Assembly (NCBI GenBank): GCA_009859145.1 | Contig: VRVR01000041.1 | Span: forward strand, 62,001-126,000 | Source: Andalucia godoyi And28 | Taxonomy: Eukaryota > Protista > Jakobida | Reading direction: 5' to 3' | DNA: 64,000 bases | Shown: one piece after another, positions 1 to 8,702 of the stretch | How positions within the stretch are numbered: the stretch's first letter is position 1 | Layout: each line of letters opens with the position of its first letter | Translations under genes and position numbers: made by a program | Notes under the pieces: generated by a model | Database searches by the model: none | Told to the model about the DNA's origin: nothing | What the model saw: only the letters and a program-made list of their open reading frames with translations

Positions 1-18
1 ACTGTCCGAAGGCAGGAT

Positions 19-1908
19 GTGGTGGCTGCAACGGTGGTCGGTGACGTTCGGAGCCTTGTGCACGCTGTTCACTTCTATGAGAATATGCATGCGAAGTGGG
101 TCAAGGCGGTGAAGAAGGAAAAACAAAGGAAATCAAAAGGGAAGTCAATTCCAAAAGTGTGGACTTTTCATCCATTCGACAGGGAGGAGGCACGCACGGG
201 ACTCGTTGTCGCCGATGCCGGTGCCACGCATCAAGCCGCGACCAGCCGCGACCAGCAAAAATCAGTCATGGTTTCCATGGTTCCAAGACGAGAGAATGCA
301 GTCGAGTTTTGGGAATACCGCATGAAGCTAGCTGCTGAAGCGGTACGCGAAGAACAGGCCAAGGCCCGACCGACGAACCGGACCGAGTCCGCGTCAGCAT
401 CCGAATCCGATGTCGCATCTGGGCATGGGTCTGCATCCCCCAACTCCGCTGGGCGATCGAGTCCGTCCCCTTCGGCCTCAACATCAGCGCCAGTTTCAAA
501 TCCAAAAACAAAAACAAAGACAAAGAAGGAGGAAAAGGAAAAGGAAATGGAAAAGGTGGCAGAAAATCCAAAACCAAAGGCGGCATCTCGCAACTCTGGA
601 TTCATCATCCTGTCGTCCGCTTCTCTGGCCGCGACGGTCCTCGAAGCGTTCCCAAACAGCGCCGTTTCTTCTGTGCTTCCACTCTCCATGCTGGCCTCCC
701 ATGCGAAATCAAAACATGTACGAATTCACCCAGCACCGGAACCAAGCGACATCGAATGGGGGCATATGGGCATTTCCAAGCGCGAGAAGGCCCTGCGTGT
801 CTTTGGAGTGCATTTGATGCTTGTTGGGCTTCTTCTCTTCTTTTCAACACCGCTTGCAATCTTGCACACCCTGTCAGAATTATTCGGGATTTCATTTGAC
901 GGCAGCAATTCTGGAGGCTCCGTCACCGGGCTTGGAATTCTGACGTCGATCGTGTTTTCCTTTGTGCCCTCGTTGCTTCTGTACTTGATTTCCCTCATTC
1001 TGCCGTCCCTCATTTGGTTTCTGACCACTCTGGAAGGCCATCGAACTTACTCGCAGATTCAGTACAAATCGAGTCAGCGAAACTTCATGTATATAGTCCT
1101 GTCGTCTCTCGTGCTTCCGACGGTTGCCATCTCCCTCGCAGATTTCATCCAAAAGTACCAGTCCAATGGCAGCAGCTTGGAATCAACGGTCGCGAATGCA
1201 TTTCTACCCGAATCGGGACTTTTCTTTTTCTTGTACGTAATGCAGGCTGCGTTTGTGGGCTCGTCTCTGGATCTCCTCCGCCTCGGAGACGCATTCGTCT
1301 CACTCTTTGAGGACCACGAAGGCGACGAAGAAGACGCCGGAGAAGCGGGCGAACTCAAACAAAAACTGCAACGCCCAGAACAAAAGGTGGAGTTCGAATA
1401 CCCAGTCTTGGTATCCATTGTTGCCGTCTGCTTGACGTATGCGTGGTTTACCCCGCTGATTGTTCCCGTTGGCCTCTTCTACACGGCTTGCAAACACCTT
1501 GTGGATCAGTACCATATTTTGCACATCAGTCAATCGTTCGACAAGGATGCGTGGTCTCCGCTGTCCGACACGGTCTCCAAAATTGTGGATCGCAAGCGGC
1601 TGTTGCTGTGCTGCCGGTTCCTTTTGGAATCCATGGCAATCGCGCTCGTGTACCTCTTCTTGTTTTTCTCTCTTCGATCCCTGTTTCCGCAAGCTTCCAT
1701 CATCCTGCTCGGTGTGTTTTCCACCTTTGCCGTGATTCTGCTTGTCTACTCTGGAACATGGAAATGGACGGCGGATTTCGTCCCGTTTTCGTTTTCCAAG
1801 AATGAAGAAGAGCCACTGCTGCACAGGGAATGCTGTTTGGATCCTATGCTTGCAAAGACTGCGTACGATTGCCCCTATCTCATGTATGAGCTCCATGATC
1901 ACTTCTAA
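19..1908 (+). CDS. OSCA/TMEM63/CSC1 calcium-permeable stress-gated cation channel, C-terminal part (5' end probably outside the window)
   Basis: Motif HPAPEPSDIEWGHMGISK followed by multiple hydrophobic helices (FFSTP, YVMQAAFVG..DLLRL, LTYAWFTPLIVPVGLFY..KHLVDQYH) typical of the RSN1_7TM region. The frame appears open from the window edge. Confidence 0.85.
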   Translation: MVAATVVGDVRSLVHAVHFYENMHAKWVKAVKKEKQRKSKGKSIPKVWTFHPFDREEARTGLVVADAGATHQAATSRDQQKSVMVSMVPRRENAVEFWEYRMKLAAEAVREEQAKARPTNRTESASASESDVASGHGSASPNSAGRSSPSPSASTSAPVSNPKTKTKTKKEEKEKEMEKVAENPKPKAASRNSGFIILSSASLAATVLEAFPNSAVSSVLPLSMLASHAKSKHVRIHPAPEPSDIEWGHMGISKREKALRVFGVHLMLVGLLLFFSTPLAILHTLSELFGISFDGSNSGGSVTGLGILTSIVFSFVPSLLLYLISLILPSLIWFLTTLEGHRTYSQIQYKSSQRNFMYIVLSSLVLPTVAISLADFIQKYQSNGSSLESTVANAFLPESGLFFFLYVMQAAFVGSSLDLLRLGDAFVSLFEDHEGDEEDAGEAGELKQKLQRPEQKVEFEYPVLVSIVAVCLTYAWFTPLIVPVGLFYTACKHLVDQYHILHISQSFDKDAWSPLSDTVSKIVDRKRLLLCCRFLLESMAIALVYLFLFFSLRSLFPQASIILLGVFSTFAVILLVYSGTWKWTADFVPFSFSKNEEEPLLHRECCLDPMLAKTAYDCPYLMYELHDHF

Positions 1909-1991
1909 GCCGTACTCGTCAACAACGGCTTTTTTCTTGACGTTCAGCGGAAAGAGTATCTCCCAATTCAGTGGCGGGAAAGAGAGTGAGA

Positions 1992-1994
<3 letters not shown>

Positions 1995-2028
<34 letters not shown>
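1995..2028. repeat. (GA)n microsatellite between convergent 3' ends
   Basis: Direct GA dinucleotide run in the sequence. Confidence 0.9.
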
Positions 2029-2031
<3 letters not shown>

Positions 2032-2208
2032 GGGGAATTTCTTTTGAACAATAAAAAGAAAACAAGAAACTTTTTAAAATTTAAAAATACAAATGATGAT
2101 GATAATAATAATGGTAATGTTCGCAAGCGCCGGTGAAAGAAAGGAAAAAACTGAGCAGCCAAAAAAGAAAAGAATTCGAAAAGAAGAGCAACGATACCTC
2201 CTTGCGTA

Positions 2209-3792
2209 TCACATGCCAAGTGGACGCTTGGAAGGGACAGGAGCAAAAGACGATGAATGTCGGTGTGGGTTGATTGGATTGGTCGCAACAACATGCTGGT
2301 GCTGCTGTTGTGGCTGTTGTGGCTGTTGAAATTGATGCTGCTGCTGCTGATGCTGTTGCTGCGTCGGCGGCTGCAGATCCAAGGTCTCAAGAGTTTGACC
2401 AGCCAGGACTTCACTGCCATCGAGCTGCTCGTGTCGATTCAGGATGCCAGAACCATTCGTGAACGTGATTCCAGTCTGGGACTTCAGCATTTCAATTTCT
2501 GCCCGTGCAAGTCGAAGCTGCTCTGCCAGCCGCGCATTCTCTTCAAGCAAGGACTGTGTTCTTACTTCGAGCTGCTCAACATACGCCTTCTTTCGCAGTC
2601 TGGACTGGTGTGCGGCTTCTCGGTTCTTTTGCAGTCTTCGAAATCTCTTCACCTCGCGATCTTCTTCTGCAGTCAGGCCCCGTTGCTCCAGCTTTGCCCG
2701 AGCCTCGATTTCTGCGGCTCTGTCAACTTCTTCTGCAGAGCCATGCTCGTCATCGTACTGCATATCCATCAGCGTACTCCCCGCTCCGACATTGCTCGGA
2801 TAAAGCATTCGCGGTGCTGCAAACGGCTGCTGTCGGCCGCATAACTCCAGCAATCCATTGACGCCCGATCTACCCATACCATGCGACGAAGAAACCAGTG
2901 GCAGTGGGGCTTCCGAGACACCGTTGCTGCCGATACCGATACCGATACCGTTGCCGTTGCTGATGCCGTTGGCAGTAATGATATTCTTTGGATTGCTAGT
3001 GCCAATTCCCAAACCATGCTGCTTTTCGTCAACTGGGTAAGAAGAGGGCGGAGACGGCGCCGAAGACGCGACAGCATCGCTTGCCAATCGCGCTCGCTTG
3101 GGCTTCGGATGCTCGATCGCAAGCGGAGCCGAGGTGGCTGATGATGCATCGAGGCCCGAAAGCAAGTAACTTGACGATCCGGCGAGGGGGGATGCAGACG
3201 GCGCACGCATCAGCGGGGTCGGCACATGCAACGGAGTCGATGATGACTGGTCAAACTCGGCATCTGCATCCACAGAACTCGAAACACTCTTTTTCGGTGC
3301 CTTTCCAGAATCCGTCTTTTCACTCTCGCCCTCTTTACCCGGAAGCGAAACGCCCCTGCTTGCCGCCGCCGACGACGACGACGACGATGATGATGATGAT
3401 GATGATGATGGAAGAGGCGGTGGTGGTGGTGGCGGTGGCGGCGGTTGCTGTTGAGCGAGAAAGGTGGACATGTCAACAGCTTCATCCATCCAGTTGTCGA
3501 AACCGAACCGGGAGATGCTTTCATCGTCAAACAGCGCGTCTGATTGTGGCACATCTTCCTTTTCTGCAGCTTCCCACAAGATGGACCGATAAATATCCTC
3601 GGTCGACATGTCCGGCCACTGCGGGAAAAGACCGTGACTGCCTCCATATGACCCTGACCCTGACCCCGACCCCGACCCTGATGCTGATGCTGAGGCTGAG
3701 GCTGAGGCTGAGGCTGAGGCTGAGCCAGAAGAAGAACGATAGACATCAGGCAGTGGATCAGTGGCTGTTGGATACGCCCTCGACGACGCCAT
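2209..3792 (-). CDS. bZIP transcription factor (ATF/CREB-like basic region), 527 aa
   Basis: RRLQKNREAAHQSRLRKKAYVEQLE basic region followed by a heptad leucine zipper. Low-complexity S/P/G/Q tracts. Start reassigned to ATG 3792 (MASSRAY); the upstream in-frame part is UTR-like and overlaps CFAP45. Confidence 0.9.
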   Translation of the reverse strand: MASSRAYPTATDPLPDVYRSSSGSASASASASASASASGSGSGSGSGSYGGSHGLFPQWPDMSTEDIYRSILWEAAEKEDVPQSDALFDDESISRFGFDNWMDEAVDMSTFLAQQQPPPPPPPPPPLPSSSSSSSSSSSSSAAASRGVSLPGKEGESEKTDSGKAPKKSVSSSVDADAEFDQSSSTPLHVPTPLMRAPSASPLAGSSSYLLSGLDASSATSAPLAIEHPKPKRARLASDAVASSAPSPPSSYPVDEKQHGLGIGTSNPKNIITANGISNGNGIGIGIGSNGVSEAPLPLVSSSHGMGRSGVNGLLELCGRQQPFAAPRMLYPSNVGAGSTLMDMQYDDEHGSAEEVDRAAEIEARAKLEQRGLTAEEDREVKRFRRLQKNREAAHQSRLRKKAYVEQLEVRTQSLLEENARLAEQLRLARAEIEMLKSQTGITFTNGSGILNRHEQLDGSEVLAGQTLETLDLQPPTQQQHQQQQHQFQQPQQPQQQHQHVVATNPINPHRHSSSFAPVPSKRPLGM

Positions 3793-3992
3793 TTCTCCTC
3801 GTCCTTTGAACTGTGAGTGGTGGCTCCTTCTGTTTATTATCACAATTGCAAGGCGGAAAACAAAGTTTGAAAACAATAAGAAGAAGAAGAAAATAATAAT
3901 AATAATAACCATCAAGGGAAAATATAATAAGGGGGAAAAAAAATCATGAAACAAAGGAGAGACACACGAATAAGCAAAAAAAGCTTTCGGGG

Positions 3993-4000
3993 TGACGTCA
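3993..4000. promoter_or_regulatory. Perfect CRE palindrome TGACGTCA about 200 bp upstream of the bZIP start codon
   Basis: The sequence is present at 3993-4000. Function is inferred only. Confidence 0.4.
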
Positions 4001-4006
4001 GCCGAT

Positions 4007-4045
4007 CGACACCTGGCGACACCTGGCGACACCTGGCGACACTGG
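4007..4045. repeat. Tandem 10-mer CGACACCTGG x3 plus one degenerate copy (each perfect copy contains the E-box CACCTG)
   Basis: Direct repeats at 4007, 4017 and 4027, and CGACACTGG at 4037. Confidence 0.85.
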
Positions 4046-4051
4046 CAGCTC

Positions 4052-5485
4052 TTACAGCAGCTTGTGCTTCTCGAGGGGTTTTGAGGCGATTTCGACGGTG
4101 TACTTCTCGGGGACGCCCATTTCTCGGAGCATGGCGAGCTTTTGCGCGCGGACGCTTTCAAGCTTCGCGCGGTGTTCGTCCTCGACTCTCCTGATTCTCG
4201 AGCCTTCTTCCATGAACTCTCTTCTGGCCTTGACACGCGACTCTCTCGTCTCGTCGATCTGCGCCTTGAGATCGCGATTGTATCTCGCGAGTCGTTCTCG
4301 CTCCTCTCTATCCTTCTCAGACTGCGCACCCTCTGTCTGCTTCTCGAGTTCGCGTCGCGCAGCCCACTCTTCTCGCTGTGCGGCCGCGACTGCCGCTAAC
4401 CGCCGTTCTCGCTCCAGCATTTGCATTTCCCTTGCGCGTGCAATCTCTGCCGCTTGCCTCTGCCGCTTCTCGCTTTCTTCTTGCTCGCGCGCTCTTGCCG
4501 CTCGTTCCTTTTCTTCCTGTGCCCGACGCGCACGCAACGCATCCTTCTCCGCCGCCTTATCCTGCGCCTTCTCTTGCATCGCACGCAACCGCGCCGTCTC
4601 CCGCTCTTTCTCCTGCCGCACGCGCTCCACCTCGGCCGCACGCGCCGCTTCCCGAGCATCCTTGGCAGCCAAGTACGCGGCAATCCGCAGCTCTTCTGCC
4701 GCCTCCGTTTCTCGCGCTGCCATCTTCAGTCGCATCTGCTCGGCATTTGCAATCCCGACCTCCACCATCAACGTCCGCGCCGCCTCCTTGCGCTGGGCTG
4801 CAAGCGCCGCGTCCTCTGCCTCCATCCGCGCCACGTGCGCCAACATTGCATCCTGCTCGCGCTTCTTGCGCTCCAATTCCAGCACGCGCGCCTTCTCCCG
4901 CGCATCAATCTGCGCCCGAATGACTGCCGCGCCCGCCTGACGCTCTTCCAGTCGGCGACGCTCGCGCTCCTCATACAACCGAAGCGCCTTCAATCGCTCA
5001 AGCTCCATCGCCGTGTCTGCATACGCCGCTGCCCGACTCTCCGCCTCTGCAAGCGACTGCTTCTCTGCCAACTGCGCCTCACGAATTGTCGCACACTGTG
5101 CATACAGCACAAGCTGGTTTAGACGCTTCACCGCATCGTCATTCGCAAGCTTTGCCTCTTCTGCCGCGCCTAGCGCCCCTGCAGAGGACGACAACTCGCC
5201 GCTGTGGTTCAACGGCTGTGACTGGGATAGTTGCTGCTGCTGCTGCTGGTGTTTGAGTGCATCAATTCGACGGATGCGGGACTTGCGATCCTCCGTCGAT
5301 GATGCCGTCGTTGTCGCTCCATTGGTCGGAGACTCGGAATGTGGAGCAAGCGACCGCGACAAAGTTGGGCTCGCATGTGTGGCGGCGGTGGAAAATGAAG
5401 CGAGTTTGGAAAGCTCATCACGCGTCAGAACAACCGCGTTCACAGTTGGTGCACTCGGCGCTGGCTTGGAATACGCTCGCACCAT
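4052..5485 (-). CDS. CFAP45: Cilia- and flagella-associated protein 45 (CCDC19), trichohyalin-plectin-homology coiled coil
   Basis: VKRLNQLVLYAQCATIREAQLAEK, MELERLKAL and the C-terminal LREMGVPEKYTVEI are characteristic of the family. Long E/R/A coiled coil. Confidence 0.85.
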   Translation of the reverse strand: MVRAYSKPAPSAPTVNAVVLTRDELSKLASFSTAATHASPTLSRSLAPHSESPTNGATTTASSTEDRKSRIRRIDALKHQQQQQQLSQSQPLNHSGELSSSAGALGAAEEAKLANDDAVKRLNQLVLYAQCATIREAQLAEKQSLAEAESRAAAYADTAMELERLKALRLYEERERRRLEERQAGAAVIRAQIDAREKARVLELERKKREQDAMLAHVARMEAEDAALAAQRKEAARTLMVEVGIANAEQMRLKMAARETEAAEELRIAAYLAAKDAREAARAAEVERVRQEKERETARLRAMQEKAQDKAAEKDALRARRAQEEKERAARAREQEESEKRQRQAAEIARAREMQMLERERRLAAVAAAQREEWAARRELEKQTEGAQSEKDREERERLARYNRDLKAQIDETRESRVKARREFMEEGSRIRRVEDEHRAKLESVRAQKLAMLREMGVPEKYTVEIASKPLEKHKLL

Positions 5486-5875
5486 TGTTTGTTTGATTAT
5501 TTTTTTGGTGTTGTTTTTGTTGTTTTTTTTCTTTTCTCTCCCCTTTCTGTTTTATGGCTTGCTTTTCTATCACTCACCAAATCCGGAATGTATATACCCG
5601 ACAACTGGAAAACGAACTGGAAAAGCCGAGAAGGAAAAGATGGAGAAAAGCAAAAAAGAAAAAACGGAAATAAAGGAAAGGCAAGAAACAGGATTCGAAA
5701 AGGACGAAAAGATCAGTTTGAAGACGGTTGGATGAAGTCGTAGTATCAAGTGATTCTTCACCAGTCCACTCGTGCAGCCTCAAGTTATTTTTGTTTTTCT
5801 GTTTTTGTTTACAGCAAGTAGGCTACATTTCTTATTTTTTTAAACGAGTGTCCAGCAATGAAAGCGAATGAAAGA

Positions 5876-6175
5876 TTATGACGGTTTTTGAGACTGTGCG
5901 AATTGCTGGGCGATTTTCATAGTTTCTTGCGAGACCTTGGTCATTGCATCTTTGTGGGCAGCCACGACGAGATCAGACACGATGATGGGGTCTCCTCTTT
6001 TCATGATTGCGGGGTCAATCTCGACTTTTTTAAGCTGATAAAGCCCGTTGAGCGTCACCTTGACTGCCCCTACTCCAGCCTCTCCAAGTGCCGAAATCCC
6101 ACTCAGCGCACTCTGCATCTGTCCAAGCTGCTTCAACTGCGATGCTCCAGACACAAGCGACTTCCAATCCACCAT
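5876..6175 (-). CDS. ybaB: YbaB/EbfC family (nucleoid-associated / STIC2-like) protein, 99 aa
   Basis: GEAGVGAVKVTLNGLYQLKKVEIDP...DLVVAAHKDAMTKV matches the family signature G.aG.G.VkVt.nG......v.Idp......lEDLi.AA.ndA..kv. The length is typical of the family. Confidence 0.88.
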   Translation of the reverse strand: MVDWKSLVSGASQLKQLGQMQSALSGISALGEAGVGAVKVTLNGLYQLKKVEIDPAIMKRGDPIIVSDLVVAAHKDAMTKVSQETMKIAQQFAQSQKPS

Positions 6176-6676
6176 GTTCTCCTCCTCCTCTTCTTCTTCT
6201 TCTTCTTCTTTTTTCTTTCTCTATTTTTTTTTTTTTAAATGTTTTTCCTTGAACAGCCTCGGCGTAAATATGAACACGTCTCTACACAAAATCAAAACAT
6301 GAATGCTATTTTAATGAATAATAAATAAATAAAAAGAGGAAGAAGAAGAAGAAGAAAACGAAAAGAACCCGATGTGCAGATTCAAGCGTCACAACGATAG
6401 CTGTAATAAACCGACTGTACATCGCACTTCTGCCCTGACTCTAATTATTTTTTTTTTAAAAATTGTTTTCTGACCCAACAAACACTCTTCCTCTTTCTCT
6501 TTCTCTTTTTTCAGCTTTATTTTTATGCGTCTTCTTGTTCATCGTTTTCCTGTTTTGATTTTCGTTTTGTTTGTTCTTTCTTTTGCCACTTGTCTTTTCC
6601 GCTTGTGTTGTCTGCTTTCGTTTTTTTTCTGGTGGTGGTGTTGTTGTTGTTGTTGTTTGGACTTGAACTTTGGGAA

Positions 6677-7489
6677 ATGCTTGCAGGTCGACTTTTGTCC
6701 CGGGCATTGCCGTTTGCAGCGGTTGTTCCAATGATGAGTGCGACTCTTGTAGCTTCGGATGATGCTGTTCCGGCACCGTCGTATCCGTGGGACCATTTGT
6801 CACCCTTTTCGTCGTTTGACCACTCGTCGATCCGCCGTGGACTCCAAGTCTACCGCGAGATTTGTGCGTCGTGCCACTCTCTCTCGCGTGTCGCGTACCG
6901 CAATCTTGTCGGCGTTGCAATGACGGAGGAGGAGGCAAAAGCGTTTGCTTCGTCGGTCGAGGTCCAGGACGGTCCAAACGACGCAGGCGAAATGTTCATG
7001 CGGCCCGGAAAGCTCTCCGACAAGTTTGTTGCTCCGTACCCGAACGAACAGGCTGCTCGCGCAATGAACGGAGGCTCGTATCCGCCGGATTTGTCGCTGA
7101 TTGTCAAGGCTCGTCCGCAGCATGAAGACTATCTTTTCGCACTGCTTACGGGCTACGGACATGCCTCTCCTGCTGGAGTTTCTCTGCGAGAGGGGCTCCA
7201 CTATAACCCGTATTTCGCGGGCGGAGCAATCGGAATGCCCCAGCCCTTGTATGACGGATCGATCGAGTACGAAGACGGAGTCACGCCGAACACCTTGCCG
7301 CAGCTCTCGAGAGACGTTGCAACGTTCCTTGCATGGGCGTCCGAACCGGAACACGACGAGCGCAAACTCATGGGTATCAAGTATATGGGAATCATGACCG
7401 TCGTTGCTGCAACTGCGTTCTTTTACAAGAGACACAAGTGGGCGCTGCTCAAGTCTCGTCGCATCGAATTCAGACAACCAGGAAAGTAA
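6677..7489 (+). CDS. CYC1: Cytochrome c1, heme protein of mitochondrial complex III, 270 aa
   Basis: [29 protein letters not shown] (CxxCH), [41 protein letters not shown] and a C-terminal TM. Start at ATG 6677. Confidence 0.97.
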   Translation: MLAGRLLSRALPFAAVVPMMSATLVASDDAVPAPSYPWDHLSPFSSFDHSSIRRGLQVYREICASCHSLSRVAYRNLVGVAMTEEEAKAFASSVEVQDGPNDAGEMFMRPGKLSDKFVAPYPNEQAARAMNGGSYPPDLSLIVKARPQHEDYLFALLTGYGHASPAGVSLREGLHYNPYFAGGAIGMPQPLYDGSIEYEDGVTPNTLPQLSRDVATFLAWASEPEHDERKLMGIKYMGIMTVVAATAFFYKRHKWALLKSRRIEFRQPGK

Positions 7490-7652
7490 AAAGACCAGCA
7501 ACGTACTCTGTGTGCTAAACCAGGGAGGGCAAGTAAAAGATGTTTGAAGATGAACAATTGAGCATGATGAACTGAGCATGATGATGAATCGTCAATAGAG
7601 GATCCAAATACTGTACATTACTATCGAGGAAGAAAATAAAACGCAACCGCCA

Positions 7653-8198
7653 CTATGTGGAAGGGTTCGCCGCGCATGCGTCCTTGTATTTTTGTGCGAG
7701 GACTTTCGCGTAAGCAATCTGGTCTTTCCAGAGCTGTGCTGCATGAGCGTTGAGTGGTGAGTCGCAGTTTGGATCCGCAAGCAGCGACTGAATCGAGAGC
7801 AAGATCGTCTTGATGTTGTAGACCGCAGACCACTGGTCCTTGAGAATGTCGAGGCAGATGTTCCCGTACGAATCAACGTTGGGGTGGAAGCACGGCGTCT
7901 CGAACCGGACAGTAGGAGCAGAGTAAGGATACTGTGCAGCGAACTGCAGATGGAGCTTATACCGATGTCCAGCATACGGCGTGTCCACAGACCCTTCAAT
8001 CGTCCCAGTCCACGAAAACAAGTTGTCGCCATCCGGAAATGCGCTAATGCCAGGTGTCTTGCTCGTCATCAGCGACATGAGCTCAGACTGCAGTCGCTTC
8101 ACTGTAGACTGTGCATCGTTCTGTGCAGACGCAGACTGACCATTCGACTTTGAAGTTGTGGTTCCGGAAACGGGAAATCCAGAAGCAATATGGTTCAT
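7653..8198 (-). CDS. UBE2C: Ubiquitin-conjugating enzyme E2 C (UBE2C/UbcH10-like), 181 aa
   Basis: [49 protein letters not shown] with the catalytic Cys. Start at ATG 8198. Confidence 0.92.
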   Translation of the reverse strand: MNHIASGFPVSGTTTSKSNGQSASAQNDAQSTVKRLQSELMSLMTSKTPGISAFPDGDNLFSWTGTIEGSVDTPYAGHRYKLHLQFAAQYPYSAPTVRFETPCFHPNVDSYGNICLDILKDQWSAVYNIKTILLSIQSLLADPNCDSPLNAHAAQLWKDQIAYAKVLAQKYKDACAANPST

Positions 8199-8702
8199 GC
8201 TGATCGCGCGATACTGCTCCTCCAAAACAAAAAACAAAAAAAAATTGAAGATGAACAAGAAGAACGGTGGAACAAGAACGAACGAAAAAGTAATCAAGAT
8301 GATGATGATGATCGAAAAGTCAAACAAAAAAAAAACAGAGAAGAAAAAGAAAAAGAAAAAAGAAAAAGAAAAACACTCACAGCGCAAAGAGGACGTTATG
8401 TTTTTCACAAACAGTGAATTCCCGACAACGCACTTTAAACAAGAAAAAGGCCGCATATCTCTCTCTCACGCACACACTCTCTCTCTCTCTTTTCCTTCTG
8501 CAACAACAAAAACCCTACCCGTTCTCTTTTTATTTTATTTGACAGGACGGCTTGCATCAATTGAGTCTTCAGCATGTGACTACGGTGGTGGACGAAGCGA
8601 ATGGGTGCGGCTGAATTCATTTTACCATTATTATTACTAATATTATTTGTATGTTGTTGTGTTTTTGGTTTTTCTTTGTCCGTGTGCTGTGAGCAGGGCA
8701 TC

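Noticed and set aside
3793-4329. In-frame N-terminal extension of the bZIP ORF (and similar extensions for CYC1, UBE2C, NOL9, DRC12-like, NOL10, cyclophilin, DPP4)
   Set aside because: They translate homopolymer/microsatellite UTR sequence (poly-F/I/K), often from non-ATG starts. The downstream ATG fits family N-termini.
2257-5735. Long antisense/alternative-frame ORFs over the bZIP and CFAP45 genes (e.g. 4062-4940, 4421-5122, 5013-5735)
   Set aside because: These are shadow ORFs of GC-rich, repetitive coiled-coil or low-complexity coding sequence, with no independent motifs.
5876-6175. Possibility that ybaB is bacterial contamination
   Set aside because: It is flanked within 400-500 bp by clearly eukaryotic genes and eukaryote-style low-complexity spacers, with no bacterial neighbours. 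Read-level confirmation is still advisable.
6176-6195. AGGAGG Shine-Dalgarno-like sequence just upstream of the ybaB ATG
   Set aside because: It is part of a (GAA)n(GAG)n microsatellite like others in the window, so it is not evidence of a bacterial ribosome-binding site.
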